64,000 bases of DNA. It comes from Balanoglossus misakiensis (taxonomy: Eukaryota; Animalia; Hemichordata). Location: positions 5,632,783 through 5,696,782 of the forward strand of contig CM082580.2 of the NCBI GenBank assembly GCA_040954595.2. The letters are read 5' to 3'. Numbering within the stretch: the stretch's first letter is position 1; each line of letters begins with the position of its first letter. Below are positions 59,309 through 64,000 of the stretch, piece by piece. The position numbers were made by a program, and so were the translations under genes. The notes beneath the pieces are model-generated. The model was not told the DNA's origin. It saw only the letters and a program-made list of their open reading frames with translations, and did no database searches.

Positions 59309-62134
59309 TTACAAGTTGTGAATGCGGTCAACTTTCGCAGGCACTTTCACGGCGCTCTCGACTTTGGCCCAGAACAGATCCTGGGCGGTTTCGCACTCCT
59401 CCTGGGGCCACTCGATGTACGTCTTTTTGGTGAAAAGTTTCCTCAGCCTCCGCGGAAGATCTCCGTCTGCGATCGGCTCGAGCAACACAAGGATGACCAC
59501 GTCCCGGCCCTCGTCGAACAGCCGATGCAGGGCCATTTCCATTTCGAAGAAACACCACTCGCTCTTCACAAAGTTCGGCGTCAACACCAGAATGGTCTTT
59601 CGGCTGTCCTGAATGCTGTCCATGATGTTGTCCACGATGAATTTCCCGGGGATGAAATTCTTGAAGTCCACGCACACTCGAAATTTCAACTTGGATTCCA
59701 GCTGGGGGACCAGAGTCCTCAGGACCCAGTTCTGATCGTCGCTGTTGTACGACACGAACACGTCGTACTCTTTGGCGTTCTCCTCGATGTCGACCATTTC
59801 CCGATAGCCCCTCATCTTGCATCGGAAGAGAAAGCACGCGTAGCGTATATACCATCGACGATACACCATCACGGCAATAACAACTGCGATTGCCACCACA
59901 ACGCAACTCAAACTGACGACAATCTTTGTGATGAGGAAAGACCTGCACTGTTCAGTACGGGGTTCAAATTCGCTGAGAGAGCCCACCGTATCCGACGGCA
60001 GAGAACACCTGTACTTTTCACTGTTGTACAACTTGACTTTTCTGTCCGTTGCCGTCCAGATTTGAAACCACTCCAAGTCGCAATCGCAGCTGAAGGAATT
60101 CTTCGATAGATCAAGAAACTCTAAATTTGGAAGTTGCTTCTCGTTAAGAAAACCACCATCAATGGAAGAGATCATATTCGAATACAGTGATATGTTTGTC
60201 AAGTGTTTCATGTTCCAAGCTCCGGTGATGTGCTTGATAGTATTACGACTCACATCCAGCGTTTCCAGCTTGGTCAGATTGACAAAAGCGTCCCTGTTGA
60301 GTTCATCAAGTCCGTTCCGTTGCAAACTTAAATGTTTCAAATTGGGCATGGTGCTCATTGTGGTGGCATTCAAGCTACCCATACGACTTCCATCCAGAGA
60401 GAGATTGACTAACTTCGGAAATCTGAGACCAAAGTTGTTCCAATTCATATTCAAGAACTCTCCATGTTGTATGTTATCTAAGTGGAGCTCCTCCAAGGAG
60501 GTCATATTTACAAGCAAGCGCCAATTTATGGGACACTCGTTCATGTTCAAATATTTCAAATTTTTCAAACTTGACAAAGACATGCTCTCACCGTTGTACA
60601 TATGGAAGACGTTGATAAAAATATTGCCAGCCAGATTGAGATGTTCCAGTGACGTTAAGTTTGACAAGATTTTTGTCAGCTTCGAAAGGTGTATCAGGTA
60701 GTTTTTAGAGAGGTCGAGAACTTTCAACTGGGAGCCTTGCAGAGCCTCCAATGTTATCTCGGTGATTGCGGTATTGTCGAGGAACAGTTCTCGCAGCGAG
60801 GGTACAACCGTGAAGGTGTCCTTTGAGATAACTCTGTGAAGTTCATTATGAGAAAGTCTCAGTGTCTTCAACATTCCTTCTTTAAATACTTCCAAGTTAG
60901 GGACCTTCGTGAGCGAGTTTGAGCTGAGATCTAACTCGAGCAGGTTTTCCAAGCCATAAAATGCATTGTCATGTATGACTGACAACTTATTCTTCGACAG
61001 GTCTAGTATTTGCAGTCCTGAGAATGAGGAGAACACCCTGTCTTTGATGGTCCCCAGGTTTGTGTGGGAAAGATCAAGGTGGGTGACCCCACTGAGGTTA
61101 CCGACGCATCCGCCAAAAGTCACGGTATTAATCAAACTGGAAGCATCGACCCAGTTCAGAATCAGGGTTTTCATCCTCGGCACAGGCAGGTGTTCCAGGA
61201 GCAATCTCAGGTCATCACTTTTCAGTCCCAGGTCTTGCGTGATCACCAGCTTCTCTGTCCTCAGGTTGCAGACGGCGGGCGCTGAGAACTCCAACTGGCG
61301 GCACTGGTGCTCAAACGGGTTCTGCGCATAGCAGCCCTTCAGCGTAAAGGTCTGCAGGGCCGAAAGGTTCTTGAACTCCTCCCCGAATTTCACCTCGAAG
61401 CTGAAGTTGCCACCGAGTTCGAAGTCTCTCAAGTTGGTGAGTGGAGCGAGTGCGTCGCCTGGCATTTTCAGCAGTTGACTCGACTGCATGTTCAACACCT
61501 CCAGCGCTGCCAGGCTGGAGAACATCTCCGTCGGCAGAAAAGTGATCATCGCGTAGGACAGATCCAGAACTCTCAAGTTCACAAGGTCCACAAACGAGTC
61601 GTTCTCCAGGCTGTAGTCGCCGAAACAGTTCCTCGCCAAGGAAAGAGTCTCAAGACTGGTAAGATTGGACAGCAGCTGCCTGCTTACCTTTCGCAGTCCA
61701 ATGAAGGATATGTTCAACACTCTCAAATTCTGCAAGCCGTCAAACGCCTTACCGGACAATGTGAGCCCATGCTTGCAATCGCCGCCGTTCTCGAAAAACC
61801 CAACGTTCATGGCCAGCGAGAGGTCCGTCAAGTTCTTCAGAGCCCTGAAAGAACCATCCGCGACGGATTTAATGGAGTTGTATGTCAAGGTCAGCAGCTC
61901 CAGGCTCCCCAGCCCCGGAAACATGCCCTCGGTGATATTCTTGAACCCGCTGTTGGGCAGATACAGGTGAGTCACGTTCTCCGGCAGCAGTCGGACGTGC
62001 GAGGCGTTGAAAGAAGCGGTGAAGTAAATTCTGCTGGAGTTGTAGACTTTCCATGGTGTGAACTGCTCCCCCGACACCGACATAAACAGACTCACACCGA
62101 CGCAGAAACAGAACGTGGCAAACATTTTACCCAT
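59309..62134 (-). CDS. Toll-like receptor B (intronless CDS, 941 aa)
   Basis: Signal peptide and LRR array. LRRCT NSFSCDCDLEWF; TM IVVSLSCVVVAIAVVIAVMVY. TIR YDVFVSYN / DFKNFIPGK / TPNFVKSEWCFFE / LFW. Tandem paralogue of TLR-A. Confidence 0.95.
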   Translation of the reverse strand: MGKMFATFCFCVGVSLFMSVSGEQFTPWKVYNSSRIYFTASFNASHVRLLPENVTHLYLPNSGFKNITEGMFPGLGSLELLTLTYNSIKSVADGSFRALKNLTDLSLAMNVGFFENGGDCKHGLTLSGKAFDGLQNLRVLNISFIGLRKVSRQLLSNLTSLETLSLARNCFGDYSLENDSFVDLVNLRVLDLSYAMITFLPTEMFSSLAALEVLNMQSSQLLKMPGDALAPLTNLRDFELGGNFSFEVKFGEEFKNLSALQTFTLKGCYAQNPFEHQCRQLEFSAPAVCNLRTEKLVITQDLGLKSDDLRLLLEHLPVPRMKTLILNWVDASSLINTVTFGGCVGNLSGVTHLDLSHTNLGTIKDRVFSSFSGLQILDLSKNKLSVIHDNAFYGLENLLELDLSSNSLTKVPNLEVFKEGMLKTLRLSHNELHRVISKDTFTVVPSLRELFLDNTAITEITLEALQGSQLKVLDLSKNYLIHLSKLTKILSNLTSLEHLNLAGNIFINVFHMYNGESMSLSSLKNLKYLNMNECPINWRLLVNMTSLEELHLDNIQHGEFLNMNWNNFGLRFPKLVNLSLDGSRMGSLNATTMSTMPNLKHLSLQRNGLDELNRDAFVNLTKLETLDVSRNTIKHITGAWNMKHLTNISLYSNMISSIDGGFLNEKQLPNLEFLDLSKNSFSCDCDLEWFQIWTATDRKVKLYNSEKYRCSLPSDTVGSLSEFEPRTEQCRSFLITKIVVSLSCVVVAIAVVIAVMVYRRWYIRYACFLFRCKMRGYREMVDIEENAKEYDVFVSYNSDDQNWVLRTLVPQLESKLKFRVCVDFKNFIPGKFIVDNIMDSIQDSRKTILVLTPNFVKSEWCFFEMEMALHRLFDEGRDVVILVLLEPIADGDLPRRLRKLFTKKTYIEWPQEECETAQDLFWAKVESAVKVPAKVDRIHNL

Positions 62135-63866
62135 TTTGTTGTGAGTGGGTGTTTATCCGAACGTGTTAACAGACGCACTGAAGTGGGAAGCAGGAAGTGA
62201 TTTACTTTTATAGTGACACTAAGTATAGACCGTGTCAATGTCCAGAGTGCAAGGACCTGGTACTATTGATTTTTCTCCCCTATTTCCTTATCGACCTGTA
62301 CTGCACCCCTGAAAACACAGCACAGGTTTGGTATGCACACGACTAGAAGCACATGTATAGGTTAAAAAGATTAGTGTAACTGTATATCTCAGCATAAAAA
62401 GGTAAATAAAAAGATGGTCAAATGGGATGACCTATGTACTGTAATCTAATGTTGATGAAGAATATTTATTGAACAAACCCTGACAAGTCTCCTCAGCAAT
62501 TAATCTACAAACAAGCTGCCATCAGTTTCTTAGCTTGAACTTTGATAACTGTACAATAATCTAGGCGAAAATCAGTAATGATTTGCTGGTAAAACACCAA
62601 GAAGGTGAATCCTCACCTAGGCTGCACAGGAGTTGGCACTTAGAACGTTTTACTCCTGTCAAGAACTTCATGCTATATTTTCAGATTTTGCTGGATCTAG
62701 GTCAGCCAGCGTACACAGGTCATGTGCACTGTTCACAATTAGATTTTTACCAATGCCAAAATTTCAGTAAACATGTACACACTGCGCCCTCTAACAGGAA
62801 AACTGTTTTTTTAAAGCAACTGAGTAAAGAGAATTTCTTTGCATCAGTCAGGTGTAATATGGATAATCTTCTTGCCGCCACCAGAGAGTTTGTGTCAATG
62901 GGGCAACATATATTACAAGGGTACACTGGGGGTGGGCGTGTAGACCCAACAAGAGCTACACAGGTACATGTGTAGGTGCTGCTTGACTGGGCATACTTTT
63001 CATGCCAGAATTATCTACAAGTGGGTAGCAATTTTCAGTCCCTGGTTTAGAAGTGGGCCATATTTTCCTTTCTTCACGTGAAATCGTAAAAACAAGTCAA
63101 TAAATTGTACATTTGTACAAGTTAACGATCAACACAAGACGCTATCCTGCAGGTTGAAAATTGTGTACTCTGATTTGAGAGTCAAATATGTTCCTAAAAT
63201 TATTATCACAATCCCCATCTTCTGTATAAATTTAAACGTCTTCCCCTTTCTTCAGAGAAAGTAGACACTATTCGTAAACTCAGCAGATACATATTCTATA
63301 CAACTGAACAAAACTTAGATATGAATCTGTGCAGTCATAACTCATTACGTCTATTTATTTCTGTCTCCTAGGTATTTATTTCAATAATTAAGTTTGCCTC
63401 ATAAGTCTGTGTTCCATGTCCCATATTCAGTGACACACTGCAACACCACACCACCAATAAAACACCTGTTAACATTCTTGTGACTCTGATAACCTAAAGG
63501 TCATAAATAGCACCATTTCCTTCTTTTCTGGCTTTGTGAACACAAACAATGACTAGGATTAGATGTAAAATTCTAGATTATCAATCACACTAAACTCACC
63601 TCCAATGCATACAACAATTTACATGTACGTGCATCCAAGCTCCACTATAATATAAGTCAACCACGGATTAAGCCTTAAACTGGAAACAACTGAGGTCATT
63701 TCTAAGGTCAATGTGACCTTTTTCAACTGTACACATGTAATGACATTTGTATTATCTTTGTAAATTTAATTTGTACAATGACGTAATTGTCACATGACTA
63801 CATGAATGGGTCACACACTTGCATCTGTGTTCAGCACAAAAATAACTGGCTAGGGTATTTTGTTAA

Positions 63867-63991
63867 GGGCGGGGTACCTGATACATGTTACGGGGATTTC
63901 CCTTGAGTCATCTGACCCAGGTTCACCTTGGTGTAAAATCGACGCAGTCATATCATTATCAACGGGCAGCAGAACTTTTAGTGGGGTTTCC
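63867..63991. promoter_or_regulatory. Cluster of GC box, NF-kB site, AP-1 site and second kB-like site upstream of TLR-B
   Basis: GGGCGGGG at 63867-63874; GGGGATTTCCC at 63892-63902; TGAGTCA at 63904-63910; GGGGTTTCC at 63983-63991. Confidence 0.5.
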
Positions 63992-64000
63992 AATCTATTA

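Noticed and set aside
59162-62200. 315-aa, 297-aa and other ORFs antisense to the TLRs
   Set aside because: Codon-bias shadows of the TLR reading frames.

Overview
This is eukaryotic genomic DNA with GT-AG introns, most likely from a marine invertebrate deuterostome such as a hemichordate or amphioxus; that assignment is inferred from gene content and repeat style only. From left to right the window holds: (1) the last six exons of PDIA4/ERp72 (+, ending in KDEL); (2) a complete 5-exon M-Ras gene (-, 203 aa, CVLL CAAX box, 16.7-kb first intron); (3) a 19-exon ARHGAP21/23-like PDZ-PH-RhoGAP gene (-, about 2270 aa recovered, first exon not found); (4) two tandem Toll-like receptor genes with intronless CDS (-), which appear to lie inside, or share upstream exons with, the RhoGAP transcription unit. 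An NF-kB/AP-1/Sp1 motif cluster lies upstream of the TLRs. Non-coding DNA carries many MITEs (Tc1/mariner, piggyBac and Kolobok-like). The most unusual features are two sequence-unrelated foldback elements with the same architecture, whose hairpin interruptions are almost all sheared G.A motifs on one strand only, and about 30 copies of TACATGTA that resemble Tc1/mariner excision footprints. All exon boundaries and counts were read by eye.
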